A stretch of 64,000 nucleotides of DNA from a virus (taxonomy: Duplodnaviria > Caudoviricetes). The translations under genes were made by a program, and so were the position numbers. Shown one piece after another: positions 37,638 to 48,208 of this stretch. How positions within the stretch are numbered: the stretch's first letter is position 1; each line of letters starts with the position of its first letter. The notes beneath the pieces were generated by a model. It saw only the letters and a program-made list of their open reading frames with translations. It was not told where the DNA came from and ran no database searches. The stretch spans positions 160,001 to 224,000 of the IMG/VR virus record IMGVR_UViG_3300024493_000235; one strand, given 5' to 3'.

Positions 37638-38405
37638 ATGGTCAAATTAAAAGAATTCGAAATGCATACCAGAAAATCGATGCAAAACATTGTGCTATCT
37701 TATAGTGGTTTGTACAAATTCGTATGCAAATTGCAAAGTATTTGCGACGGGTTTTCTCTTTCTCCGTATACATATGGAGATGGTGCTGATAAAGACCCGA
37801 AGGTCTTTAGCGATTGCAATGAATTTTCCCTTCTGTGTGGCAATGGAGTTTCTGTGTATTTTAACACCAATCGTGCAACAGATAATGACACTATGCATGT
37901 GGAGTTTAAGACAATAAAAGGCATGTTTGATATTAAAATATGCTCATTAAACTCTCATCGTATTCCGGATGCCGATGCGGAAGATATCTATAGAAGAAAC
38001 TGCGTACGTAACTGCTTTCGTTCATATTTGGAATCGGAGGATTTTACAAAGCATGGCAGCGTATATTCCGACACAGATATTTTCCAAGTGATAGCAACGA
38101 AAGACGAAAGTGACGAATGGACACTCTCAGACAGGGTTCTTCAAAATTTCAATTATTGCTTTCCTGAGGATGAAGTGAATCACGTTCAGTTTGTGAAGTT
38201 CTTCTTAAAGGGTTCTATATTTGGCCACAGAGTTGTCTTTAATGCTGTTCCTGATAATCCTGAGACACTGTTTCTAATGTCACCTATCGTCGAGAAATGT
38301 TCTCAGGAAATATCTATAACAAGAGACAACAGAACTACAAAATCGTTAACACCAAAGGCGTATGACAATTTTGAACGCTTTGTTAGTTATTACAAAATAT
38401 TTTAA
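37638..38405 (+). CDS. hypothetical protein
   Basis: 255 aa, AAGGAG RBS. Confidence 0.6.
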   Translation: MVKLKEFEMHTRKSMQNIVLSYSGLYKFVCKLQSICDGFSLSPYTYGDGADKDPKVFSDCNEFSLLCGNGVSVYFNTNRATDNDTMHVEFKTIKGMFDIKICSLNSHRIPDADAEDIYRRNCVRNCFRSYLESEDFTKHGSVYSDTDIFQVIATKDESDEWTLSDRVLQNFNYCFPEDEVNHVQFVKFFLKGSIFGHRVVFNAVPDNPETLFLMSPIVEKCSQEISITRDNRTTKSLTPKAYDNFERFVSYYKIF

Positions 38406-38509
38406 ATACAATAAATACCTGGGCATTTCTGTCCAGGTATTTATTTTTTTTGCATTTTTAGCTGGTAAAACATCCTAGTAAAATAGCTTCAAAATAAAGG
38501 GGAAAACAT

Positions 38510-40753
38510 ATGGAACCTATGTCTATAGAGAAAATTCAGGACGAATTTTGCGACATGTATGACACTTTGTGTCCAAGAGCAAGACAAGTAATGACAGAAA
38601 AATTTAAAGATTTCAGTGTTGATATAGAATCTTTTTTAATTCCATACAGTAGCGACAGGATAGAAAAACATTTCGAAGATCCTGATACGGAATCTACAGG
38701 AACAGTTTCAGCATTGAAATTTTTGTGTATACCTTTATCGATTTTTCATTCTATACAGCATCTAAATATCAATGAAGATCAGTTCAGAATATCTTTGAAT
38801 ACGCGGTTTTTAAATCCTGTATCAGAAGCATTATCAGCCGCAATGGAAGAGAAAAAGAAACCGTGGTTTAAACTTTTTATCCAGTTTGAAAAAGCTGACA
38901 ATACAACAATCGAAAGCTATAACGCATACATTTTGTTTTCAGGCGTTGTTCAAGGAGAATCAGGATATCCGTATGATCTTAACATCAATTCTGTTTATCT
39001 TGAAGACAAAGATGTAGAAAAGGAAGACGCTGTTGTAAAGGATATCGAAAATCAAACAGGAAAAGACGATAATACCGTTATACAAGATGATACGAAAAAA
39101 GATGCCAAAAAGAAGGATATTTCTGAAGAAGGTGCATTTCTTAGAGTATCAATTCCTGATGGTCTTAAAACTGCAAACGATATGATTTCATATCTTAAAA
39201 GAGCAGGTATTGAGAAAACTATAAAACTGCGTCTTAATGAGCTTAACGCTAATGGATATGAACCACTTTCATTTTCCAAATATCACGAAATGAGACGGAA
39301 TGGAACCTCTTTTGATAAAGACTTCAAAAATGATATGTACATCACATATTCAAATGGAAAAGCGGATCTTAAGTCTACAAAAGAATATCAAATCATGGAA
39401 CTTGCAGGAACGTGTGTTGTATTCGGATTATATAATTCGATATCGGCAGTTCCTGATAAAAAATATCCATTTTCTTTAAATAAAAATGTCCGTTATGCCA
39501 ATAAAGGATATAAGTTAAAGAGAGTATGGATAGCCGTCTATAATCCGCGTACTAAAAACGTAATTCATAAACCTATTGCAAAATCATCAAAGATTTTTGG
39601 TGTAAAAGTTGAGGGCTTTTCGGTTGCACTTGAGGGGCTTTTCTCCGATAATAGCGATTGGGGACTATCTTGTGATCCACATAGTATCCAAAAAAATAAA
39701 TATACATACCTTATAAACGACAAAACTGGAAAGGTTGATATCGGTATGGCATATCCTCCTGGAGATGAATGGTATCAATTTTTAACACCGTTTCAATCTC
39801 GCAATATTGGAAATAATATACGTGACATATATTACAAATTTCAATCGATGGACAATGGCGGAGATTGGGATTTGTATACATACAACGATTACAAAAGTGC
39901 GGATGGATCTAAGGCATTACTGGAAGTTCTTAAAAACTTTAAGTGTTATAAATTTTCCGAGAGGTTTACAGATAATGCAAATCGTTCATATGACGGTTTT
40001 AATATCTTTAAACTTGGAGGATGGATTTACGGATGCACAATCGTCGCTAATATCCTCACAATTAGGCCCACAGGATGCACCGAAAGTGAGTATCATTATG
40101 CACATCTTTCTGATATATACTTATTCATGTATAACAGCGCCACACATAAAATAGCAACTCCACTTTTGGCATCGGAAGGATTATTGTGGCTAACCCAACT
40201 TGGTAAACCTTCAGCATCGTTTAGAACTCAAGTTTTTGGTGATAAAAAGCCTGTAAAAGGTATTATCACAAAAGCGAATATGCAGGAGATACCAAATGAT
40301 TCTACAATACTGGATAAGACCTTTATTGCGGGAAAACCTGTCGTACCTCTTGTCGGAAAGCTCGCACTTTCTTTAAAGGAAGTTATAGCGAATCCAACTT
40401 CGAGAATATTAAAACCTTCAACTACAATTCCAGATACAACTTCTGAAGGAACGCAAATAGATTTGACAGTTGCAAAAGAAAAACTTATCAAACTTTTCGC
40501 ACAAGAGCATATGTCAATGTCTGTAACAACAAGTTTTAATCATGTGAACAAATCATTCATGTTTGCCGACGGGTTTATTGGTAAACCGAAGGGATCCGTT
40601 TCTTTTGAAGGCGCAAAAAATGAAAACATAGGAGTGAAAATTCACAGACTTCAAGATACGTGTGATACTATCGTAGAGGAGTCAGGATCATTAAAAGCTC
40701 TTACTGTCAGAATGTCGGGTGATAAAGTATTCATAACAGGAACTCTTGCGTAA
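38510..40753 (+). CDS. probable internal head/ejection protein
   Basis: Late promoter AACATCCTAGTA at 38469; several S/A-X-E motifs (SIE, SEE, ALE, SFE). Confidence 0.45.
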   Translation: MEPMSIEKIQDEFCDMYDTLCPRARQVMTEKFKDFSVDIESFLIPYSSDRIEKHFEDPDTESTGTVSALKFLCIPLSIFHSIQHLNINEDQFRISLNTRFLNPVSEALSAAMEEKKKPWFKLFIQFEKADNTTIESYNAYILFSGVVQGESGYPYDLNINSVYLEDKDVEKEDAVVKDIENQTGKDDNTVIQDDTKKDAKKKDISEEGAFLRVSIPDGLKTANDMISYLKRAGIEKTIKLRLNELNANGYEPLSFSKYHEMRRNGTSFDKDFKNDMYITYSNGKADLKSTKEYQIMELAGTCVVFGLYNSISAVPDKKYPFSLNKNVRYANKGYKLKRVWIAVYNPRTKNVIHKPIAKSSKIFGVKVEGFSVALEGLFSDNSDWGLSCDPHSIQKNKYTYLINDKTGKVDIGMAYPPGDEWYQFLTPFQSRNIGNNIRDIYYKFQSMDNGGDWDLYTYNDYKSADGSKALLEVLKNFKCYKFSERFTDNANRSYDGFNIFKLGGWIYGCTIVANILTIRPTGCTESEYHYAHLSDIYLFMYNSATHKIATPLLASEGLLWLTQLGKPSASFRTQVFGDKKPVKGIITKANMQEIPNDSTILDKTFIAGKPVVPLVGKLALSLKEVIANPTSRILKPSTTIPDTTSEGTQIDLTVAKEKLIKLFAQEHMSMSVTTSFNHVNKSFMFADGFIGKPKGSVSFEGAKNENIGVKIHRLQDTCDTIVEESGSLKALTVRMSGDKVFITGTLA

Positions 40754-40845
40754 TCATATATTTGGGAGGCATGTGCCTCCCAAATTCTTTGAATAAAAAC
40801 GGCTAAAACACTATTATAAAGAAAACATAAGGAGATTAAACGGTT

Positions 40846-43800
40846 ATGGCCAATAATTTACAAATTGTACCGCCTAAAAAAATAGCAAAACCTGACGGGG
40901 CTTCTACTTATCGAGAATTATCAGAAGTACAGGATGCATTTTTACACGGTGTGTCAAGAGATTATATCGAAAGAAATACCGAATTTATCAATAACGTTGT
41001 AGATAAAGTACAGCAAATAACCACCCAATTTAACAGAAACGTTGCAGCCAGTTCTCCTAAAATGCTCGTTGATGCAATAAAATCTAACGTCCTTGATAAT
41101 AATGCAAAAGCATCGAAGAATGATAATTCGAAACAAGGGTTTGTAACTGGTGTTAAAGGGTTAACCGATCTTTCAAAAGATATGGATCTTTTTAGGGAAT
41201 TATACCCGATTGCGACCCCGATGTTTGAATTGTTTTATGAATATCAAATGGTAGCTGGGATGATACCCGAGGCTTCAAAGTGTTTTGATATTCTTAAGAA
41301 TTCGGTTCTTTCCGCAGATAGTTTTTCAAAGCAATACCTTATCGCTCGCTATGATACTTTCAACGCAAGTCAGAAATCTACGACAGATGATATTACAGAA
41401 AATGATCAAAGACATGTACGTCTTATAAAGGATATCATTGAAGAATATGACCTTAATATTCTTTTTGACGGATATGTGACCGATGCCATGATGTATGGTG
41501 CTAAACCTGTAATGATAATTCCGATTGACGACACCTTCAGAAAATCCGCAGAACAAGTTTTACGAGCTGAAAGCGCTAACGAAGTTCGAGACATTATTCG
41601 CTCATCATATGATGCTGGTGTTAATGTGTCTATGGAAAATTATATCGAGTATGAATCAACAACTATAGACGGAAAAAAAGTGTATGAAGACACTCCGTTT
41701 GCTGATGAATTTTCCGATGCAATTGATAATCTCACTGCTGTATATGAAGATGCTCTCGATTTTGAAGAAGCGATGCTCAGAGATAATTCGAGTTTATCAA
41801 AGGAAGATACCGTAGCATGTGAAAATGCCATCAAAGCTCGAAAGGTACAATTAAAGCGTGTACGAGATAAAACAAAGCGAAAAGACATTTTGAAAGAGTT
41901 TGCAAGAGAGTGTAGCAAAATAGTCGATTCAAAAGTCAAATTTTCTCTTGCAACAGAATCTGTCACTCTTCGTACAGTAAGTAAAATTGCAGGACAATTG
42001 AAGACATACAGAAGAGCGCAACTGTACAATACTCGTGGAAGTAAGCCGCATAATGTTGTTACTACTGAGGGTGTGTCTTTTAAAGATATTTACTCCGATG
42101 AAGTTACACTCGAAAATGATATTGGACTTTTGTGTGATTTGATAAGCCAATCGAAATACGAAAAAGTTGAAACAACGGTACAGAAAAGAGATAATAACGG
42201 TGTAGTAACAGAGGTCGTTAAAGAATCCTGGAAAATGGTTACACCGGATATTTTTACCCTTGAATCAAAAAGATCTGGAACCTTTGGTACACCGCAGAGA
42301 AAAAGCAAACAAGAGGATTTGGAGGATCTCGATCCTGAATCTAAAACAACAGTTTCAAAGAAAACTACAGGGTCTGTCATAATACCTCTTCCTCCAGATA
42401 CGGTTGTTCCTATATCTGTACACGGAAAGCATATAGGATACTATGTAATAGAACGCCTTGGAAGTGATGATTTAGGATCCGGTGTTGCAACTTTATTAGG
42501 ATACAGACCTGCGAATTCATTATATTCAATCGGTATGGCAGGCCATATGTTTACAGGAAGCGGAGCTATGACAGGAACAGATGGCGCTGGTATCATTCTT
42601 CGTGACATGTCAGATCTTCCTATGGCAGTCCGTGATGATGGGCAAAGATTTGATTTACTTCGTTCAATGCTTGTACGCGCCATATCGGAACGTGTTGGAA
42701 ATCCTGATATCGTTGATGATTCCGCATTCAATTCCATCATATTCTCGCTTATCAAAAATAATTACATTACAAAACGTGAAGTGAGAATTACGTATGTTCC
42801 GGCACACATGATGGTTTATTTCTCTCATGAAATAGATTCTGATACAGGTATCGGAATTTCCGTATTCAAAAACGGTTTATTTTTTGCTCATATTTATATT
42901 GCGTCTCTTATAACGAATCTTATGATAGCAATATCAAAGTCGGCAGACAGAGAGCAAGTAAATGTCGAAATAGGATCCCATGGAAGAATTGAAGCTACAG
43001 TGCAAAAAGTGATGAGATCCCTTCAAACAAAACGAGCTTCTATAGATAGTATCGGAAATATCGATACTATTATGAAAAGCTTAGGTACTTTCCAAAGGTA
43101 TATATCTTTACGTCATAACGGAAATCCTTTAGTGGAATTGGAAACAATACCAGGACAGGATATAAGCCTTGAAAACACCCTTATGGAAAAAGCGTTACAA
43201 TCCTTTATAAACTCGTTTTATGTGCCAGCATCTTCGATTAATCAGCTTAATGAACAAGAGTATGCTCGTAGTATTACGTTACAAAACGCGCTCTTTTTGG
43301 ATAAGATTGTAGTATTACAACAGATGTATCAGGAATGTATGACAAAATTTACTCGCATTCTTATTCGTAACAAACATCCAGAGAAGATTTACAACGAAGC
43401 CAACATTAAGAACTTTGATGTCGATAAGGATCCGAACACACGAAATGCTGATGATGACATGACCGAACTTATTGATATCAACAAAATATTTACAGATCTT
43501 CCGTCTCCTGAAGGTCTTAACATTTCGGCATTTAACGATCAAATCGGAAATGTTTCTTCATTCGTAGATTCTCTTATTGATATTCTTCTTCCTCTTGGTA
43601 TCAAAGAAGAACTTGTCGATCCTGTTAAGATGCTCATCAAGAAAAAGATGTTTAAACGCTATATGCCTAATCTTCCAATGGACGAATTTGATGATTTTGC
43701 TTTGGAATCTGTTACTGAAGCAAAGAAATCAAAAATGGCACATCCCGAAACTCCGGAGGAGCAACAATTTGCAAGTAGCTCTGGCAGTGGTATCGGTGGA

Positions 43801-43920
43801 GGAGGTTCAATGGGTGGATTTGGCGGAGACATGGGTGGAATGGGTGATCTTGGTGGCGATATGGGAATGGGAGATCTTGAAGAACCCGGAGCAGAACAAA
43901 ATCCCACTGACCTTATGTAA
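40846..43920 (+). CDS. probable portal protein (phiKZ/T4 gp20-like, with a large insert)
   Basis: EYQMVAGMIPEASKCFDILKNSVLS resembles the portal N-terminal motif; DAMMYG, PISVHG.HIGYY, VP...I; G/M/D-rich tail; late promoter at 40807. Confidence 0.65.
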   Translation: MANNLQIVPPKKIAKPDGASTYRELSEVQDAFLHGVSRDYIERNTEFINNVVDKVQQITTQFNRNVAASSPKMLVDAIKSNVLDNNAKASKNDNSKQGFVTGVKGLTDLSKDMDLFRELYPIATPMFELFYEYQMVAGMIPEASKCFDILKNSVLSADSFSKQYLIARYDTFNASQKSTTDDITENDQRHVRLIKDIIEEYDLNILFDGYVTDAMMYGAKPVMIIPIDDTFRKSAEQVLRAESANEVRDIIRSSYDAGVNVSMENYIEYESTTIDGKKVYEDTPFADEFSDAIDNLTAVYEDALDFEEAMLRDNSSLSKEDTVACENAIKARKVQLKRVRDKTKRKDILKEFARECSKIVDSKVKFSLATESVTLRTVSKIAGQLKTYRRAQLYNTRGSKPHNVVTTEGVSFKDIYSDEVTLENDIGLLCDLISQSKYEKVETTVQKRDNNGVVTEVVKESWKMVTPDIFTLESKRSGTFGTPQRKSKQEDLEDLDPESKTTVSKKTTGSVIIPLPPDTVVPISVHGKHIGYYVIERLGSDDLGSGVATLLGYRPANSLYSIGMAGHMFTGSGAMTGTDGAGIILRDMSDLPMAVRDDGQRFDLLRSMLVRAISERVGNPDIVDDSAFNSIIFSLIKNNYITKREVRITYVPAHMMVYFSHEIDSDTGIGISVFKNGLFFAHIYIASLITNLMIAISKSADREQVNVEIGSHGRIEATVQKVMRSLQTKRASIDSIGNIDTIMKSLGTFQRYISLRHNGNPLVELETIPGQDISLENTLMEKALQSFINSFYVPASSINQLNEQEYARSITLQNALFLDKIVVLQQMYQECMTKFTRILIRNKHPEKIYNEANIKNFDVDKDPNTRNADDDMTELIDINKIFTDLPSPEGLNISAFNDQIGNVSSFVDSLIDILLPLGIKEELVDPVKMLIKKKMFKRYMPNLPMDEFDDFALESVTEAKKSKMAHPETPEEQQFASSSGSGIGGGGSMGGFGGDMGGMGDLGGDMGMGDLEEPGAEQNPTDLM

Positions 43921-43944
43921 CTTTTTATTTGTACAAAAAATAAC

Positions 43945-43975
43945 TTCCGGGCCTTTATGGCCCGGAACGTTTTTA
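43945..43975. terminator. bidirectional terminator hairpin
   Basis: TTCCGGGCC-TTTAT-GGCCCGGAA between convergent genes. Confidence 0.75.
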
Positions 43976-44422
43976 CTTTATACTGCGATCTATTGAGTGA
44001 TCGACTTTCCACAGATAACGAACCAAAGTCCAATTGTATATAAAATTTCCTTCGTCATCTTCTACACGAGAATTTGCCCAATTGACAATATCCTCTCTGT
44101 ATTCATCGAGCTTTGATGTTTTGGGTTTTCTGTATTCCCAAACATCTTGGATTGTTTTTGGTCTTGGACCGGTGATGTTTACAAATCCGATAAGATAATT
44201 ATCGGCTGTAAGCACATGTGCGTGTGCAGGACTGTCGTGATCTGGTATATATCGTTTACCATCTCCTATTTTCCCATGATCGAGCGGATTTTCTTTGATG
44301 TAAATCCGGCATTTTAATTTTTGTCCTAAACTTCCTGGACTACAAACTGTAGCCATTTCTGTTGAGAATGCGTCGAATTTGTCGTTTAGTAGGTCATCTA
44401 ATTTAACTTCTGGAATATGCAT
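43973..44422 (-). CDS. DUF4160-like protein with an N-terminal extension
   Basis: DHDSPAHAHV...PRPKTIQDV...IVNWAN...NWTLVRYLW; GGAG RBS before ATG 44422; TATATATCAT at 44449-44440. Confidence 0.6.
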   Translation of the reverse strand: MHIPEVKLDDLLNDKFDAFSTEMATVCSPGSLGQKLKCRIYIKENPLDHGKIGDGKRYIPDHDSPAHAHVLTADNYLIGFVNITGPRPKTIQDVWEYRKPKTSKLDEYREDIVNWANSRVEDDEGNFIYNWTLVRYLWKVDHSIDRSIK

Positions 44423-44494
44423 ATCTTCTCCATACTCATATGATATATAAATAAAAAAATTGTTATTCCGGGCCATAAAGGCCCGGATTTATAT

Positions 44495-44908
44495 TTAAGC
44501 AACATGCTTCTTTTCTTCAACAGAGTTATATTTAAACGCAATATTTATACAGATCTTCTTATTTAAGAGATCTATTCCTGCATACGACACGTATACGTCA
44601 CAATAGTGAAAAACGTTTTTCACAGCATCGCAGCGAGTATCAGGTAAATTGATAATAGCTTGAGCTATACTTTCAAACGGATAATCTGACCTCATAATTC
44701 GATCGTTTCCGAATAAAGTAATTAATGCTCCATCCCCATTGAGTTGTTTTGAAAGTTCAGGACATTTCCAATCGTCCAACACTTTACTGAAATCAATGGT
44801 GCAATAACAGGTATTTTTTCTGTCTACGATAGCACAATTTATGCTATCTATAACACCCTCAGAGAACAAGAAGTCTTGTATCTTTTCTTTTGTTAGCATG
44901 ATAGCCAC
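44495..44908 (-). CDS. hypothetical protein
   Basis: 137 aa. Confidence 0.55.
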   Translation of the reverse strand: MAIMLTKEKIQDFLFSEGVIDSINCAIVDRKNTCYCTIDFSKVLDDWKCPELSKQLNGDGALITLFGNDRIMRSDYPFESIAQAIINLPDTRCDAVKNVFHYCDVYVSYAGIDLLNKKICINIAFKYNSVEEKKHVA

Positions 44909-45143
44909 CGTATTCCTTGTGTCATAAACCCTCCTTAAAATGTCATTTCATACATTAATTATATATAATTATTTAGGCTTTTAAGTGTATTTGTTTTCAT
45001 CATAAATCCTGCAATAACAAAGTCATAAATATGCAACACTTATGGGATATATGACCATTCGTTTGCAGAAATCCTGCAATATTACGAATGAATATATATC
45101 ATATGTGTAGAGTTTACCAATCTATTTTCTGAAGGAGAAAAGT

Positions 45144-45554
45144 ATGAGTGAAAAAGCGAGGGTCCTTCTCAATAAGGACCAGTTGGTCACCCAGATCAGC
45201 GAAGTTAGCGGGGAAACCAAGGCCGCTGTTGTGCGGGTAATGGATGCAATTCCTCAGGTAACGATCAATGCCGTCCTCAAGGATCCGCCAAAATTGGGTG
45301 AAGTTGTTTCCGTACCGCTTCCCGGAATTGGTACATTTGGTGCCAAGTTTGTCGCAAAGTCGGAAAGAATCAACAACATGTCGAAACAGAAGTACACGGT
45401 TCCCGCGCACATTGTTCCGACATTCAAGGTCACAAGGTCGATAAAGGTCGAACTGAACCCCACAATGGTCAAAACCGCCGCCAAAGCAGCCACAAAACCG
45501 GATGCCAAGGCAGGAACTCCGCCCGACGCGAAATCCGCCAAGAAAACAGCTTAA
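45144..45554 (+). CDS. hup: HU/IHF-family DNA-binding protein with A/K/P-rich tail
   Basis: LNKDQLVTQISE..G.TK, V.LPGIGTF, R.N......VPA..VPTFK. Confidence 0.85.
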   Translation: MSEKARVLLNKDQLVTQISEVSGETKAAVVRVMDAIPQVTINAVLKDPPKLGEVVSVPLPGIGTFGAKFVAKSERINNMSKQKYTVPAHIVPTFKVTRSIKVELNPTMVKTAAKAATKPDAKAGTPPDAKSAKKTA

Positions 45555-45639
45555 CAGTGTTTAACTGAAAGCTCATGGTAAACTTTAGGATTGTTTAAGG
45601 GGCCGAAAGCTCGGCCCCTTTTTATAAAGGAAGTGTGAT

Positions 45640-46713
45640 ATGTTAAGTCATTCCGAAGCCATAAGAGCCATGAGAGCTGAACTTGATAAATTCAAGGTAT
45701 TAAAGCGATACCACGAAAAATCAGAAGATCATTGCAGGTGTCCTATATGCGGAGATTCGACAAAATCTCACAGAGTAGAACACTTATACATGAAACTCAA
45801 GAAAGACACTCATGACGATGCTGTTTACTTTTCATACCATTGTAAGTTGTGTGGTGCAAAAGCAAAGGTGTTTTCTGGAAAAGACATCAAAGCGTTTAAA
45901 ATTAGAAATAAAGACCTTATAGAGTACATAGATAATACGGTTAAAAATCGTGGAAACTATGTACTAAAAAGTTCATATAATTACATCGGTAGGTCGCTAC
46001 ACAAGATTCCTATCGATTGCGATGTAACAGAAAAAATCGCATATATGCAACGAAGACTTGGAGACTGCAGAGTTGTACGAAATCCTGAAAAATTCAAAAT
46101 TATCTACGATTTCGCATCATTCTTTAAAGAAAACTCGCTCCAAGTAAATACAGATTATGGAGAGATTTCTTATGTGAAGAAATTCCTTAGAGCTCTCCAT
46201 GATAACTGTATCGGCTTTTTATCTTTCGATAACACATCAATTAATTTTCGTGATATCTCAAAAAATAATGTCATGGGAAAAAGATATATCCAATACAGGC
46301 TATATCCTGAAGCTACTTTAACAGTTGATGGTGCGAGCGTTTCATCGTTTTATACGATCCCAGGAGAGTTAAACTCTATGGCTCCAACTCTTAGTGCTGT
46401 TTTAGCCGAAGGAACATTTGATATCTTAAGGATATACTCCGACTTCTATCCACAAGTGAAAAGAGACGATATTGTATTTGCATCAGTTGCAAATGCTCAT
46501 GGATATTCAACTTTTTTAAAGAAATTCCTCGAATACGGGATTATGTTTGATGATGTAACTATTTATTCAGACGATGATGTCCCTATAAAGAAATATAAAG
46601 AGTCTATAAGGCCCTTAATACCAGACGCAAAAATAACTATACATTATAATGCAGCTTCAAAGGATTATGGTGATAAACTTAAGCCTTTTGAAGACTCAAC
46701 TTTCGCTATATAG
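45640..46713 (+). CDS. DNA primase (T4 gp61/DnaG-type TOPRIM)
   Basis: CRCPICGDS...H...YHCKLCG Zn domain; AEGTFD; YSDDD; KDYGD. Confidence 0.85.
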   Translation: MLSHSEAIRAMRAELDKFKVLKRYHEKSEDHCRCPICGDSTKSHRVEHLYMKLKKDTHDDAVYFSYHCKLCGAKAKVFSGKDIKAFKIRNKDLIEYIDNTVKNRGNYVLKSSYNYIGRSLHKIPIDCDVTEKIAYMQRRLGDCRVVRNPEKFKIIYDFASFFKENSLQVNTDYGEISYVKKFLRALHDNCIGFLSFDNTSINFRDISKNNVMGKRYIQYRLYPEATLTVDGASVSSFYTIPGELNSMAPTLSAVLAEGTFDILRIYSDFYPQVKRDDIVFASVANAHGYSTFLKKFLEYGIMFDDVTIYSDDDVPIKKYKESIRPLIPDAKITIHYNAASKDYGDKLKPFEDSTFAI

Positions 46714-46727
46714 GAGTATAATCCGCT

Positions 46728-48146
46728 ATGGAAGAAAAACTGCGCATAAAAAAGTTCGACCGTTTTCTTGACAATAATGAAATTGTCAAGTACGGGGATC
46801 AGTTAACTGTCTGTACATGTTATGACAGAACCAAAGGAGAGAAGCTGACTTCGGATATTATAACAGAATTCCTTGAAGAATTCGCGTATTCGAAGTATCA
46901 TGCCTCCCTTCAAATTGCATACGTAATCCCCAATCATTTTGATATCTCAGTCCCGATTACAATGAAAGAAAGGCTCGGCTGGTATTGTGAGCAAGACTCG
47001 TTAGGAAATCACTTCATCAAAGTACGATTCACCATGACAGATGAACAGCACCGCCAGCAAATTGAAACATTTAGAAATTTCGGTGTCGATCTTAACATCC
47101 TACAACTCGGAGATAATGACGTTCTTGATATCGGAGAAATAAATCCTGAATGTATCTTTAAGTTTACAATATCAAAGAACGCCATTTGGTGTATCAGGAG
47201 TGAACCGATAAAGATTTACAACGACGATGATAAAATTCCGCCTGAAGATGGGAACCTTATATCCCTTACTATGGAAAAATATCCGGATATTCAAAACCGT
47301 ACATTTTCTCCAAATCAGGCTGGAATGATTTGTCTTTCTATCGTCACAGGAATGACCATATTTTCCGAAGAACATCTTGCGAGAGCACAAATAAAAGAAG
47401 AAGTGATTGACGAAGGTCATGTCACAATTCTTACCGATGACGATTGCAAACTTCCCGATTTCTCTGTCGAGGAATTATACACCGATAATATCCCCGAAGA
47501 TCAAAAAGAAGAAAGGGAGCAGCGTCTAAAAGAAATACAAAAAGAGGTATCACTAGCACAGAGACGAAAAAGTACATGGGAGAAGATTTTCTCATGTCCA
47601 AATCCGTTTATTCAAGAAATGCTTAACACTTGGATTACAACTCTTGAAAAGCCTCAGAATGACAATCAGATGCAAGTGTACTTAAGGGACTTTGAGAAAT
47701 GGCTTATCGAGAAGAACTCACATGAAAAATTCATGAGCATTTTGAAAGCTGAAACAACCGATCAAAATCCCAACCTTGTTCAAAATATTGACTTTTCAAA
47801 TCTTGTCATAACAGATGAACACCGGGAAGTGTATAATAAAAAGATAATCCCCTTAACAAAAATCTTTTCGCAGAAGATGGCTGATATAGGAAAAGAAATG
47901 GGTATCGAAGCAAATTGTGCTCAAGTTCCTGTAGAATATAGCGAAAGAATACAGCAAATACCAGAGCTTATTGAATATGAAAGATTAGCTTGGTTTTTAG
48001 CTCTTAACATAGCTTTCGCTAACGGACTTTTGAAAAAGGCTGATGGCACATTATATGCGAAGGAAGAACTGGAAGGTAAATCTTTTGAGGAATTCCCGAT
48101 TTTGAAGCATATCATTATGAAACTAAGTGACATGATGGAGTGCTAA
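46728..48146 (+). CDS. hypothetical protein
   Basis: 472 aa, AGGAG RBS. Confidence 0.6.
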   Translation: MEEKLRIKKFDRFLDNNEIVKYGDQLTVCTCYDRTKGEKLTSDIITEFLEEFAYSKYHASLQIAYVIPNHFDISVPITMKERLGWYCEQDSLGNHFIKVRFTMTDEQHRQQIETFRNFGVDLNILQLGDNDVLDIGEINPECIFKFTISKNAIWCIRSEPIKIYNDDDKIPPEDGNLISLTMEKYPDIQNRTFSPNQAGMICLSIVTGMTIFSEEHLARAQIKEEVIDEGHVTILTDDDCKLPDFSVEELYTDNIPEDQKEEREQRLKEIQKEVSLAQRRKSTWEKIFSCPNPFIQEMLNTWITTLEKPQNDNQMQVYLRDFEKWLIEKNSHEKFMSILKAETTDQNPNLVQNIDFSNLVITDEHREVYNKKIIPLTKIFSQKMADIGKEMGIEANCAQVPVEYSERIQQIPELIEYERLAWFLALNIAFANGLLKKADGTLYAKEELEGKSFEEFPILKHIIMKLSDMMEC

Positions 48147-48208
48147 CAAAACTATAGATTTTATAACCCTGCGTATGCAGGGTTTATTTTATGTAAAGGT
48201 GGTTTATT

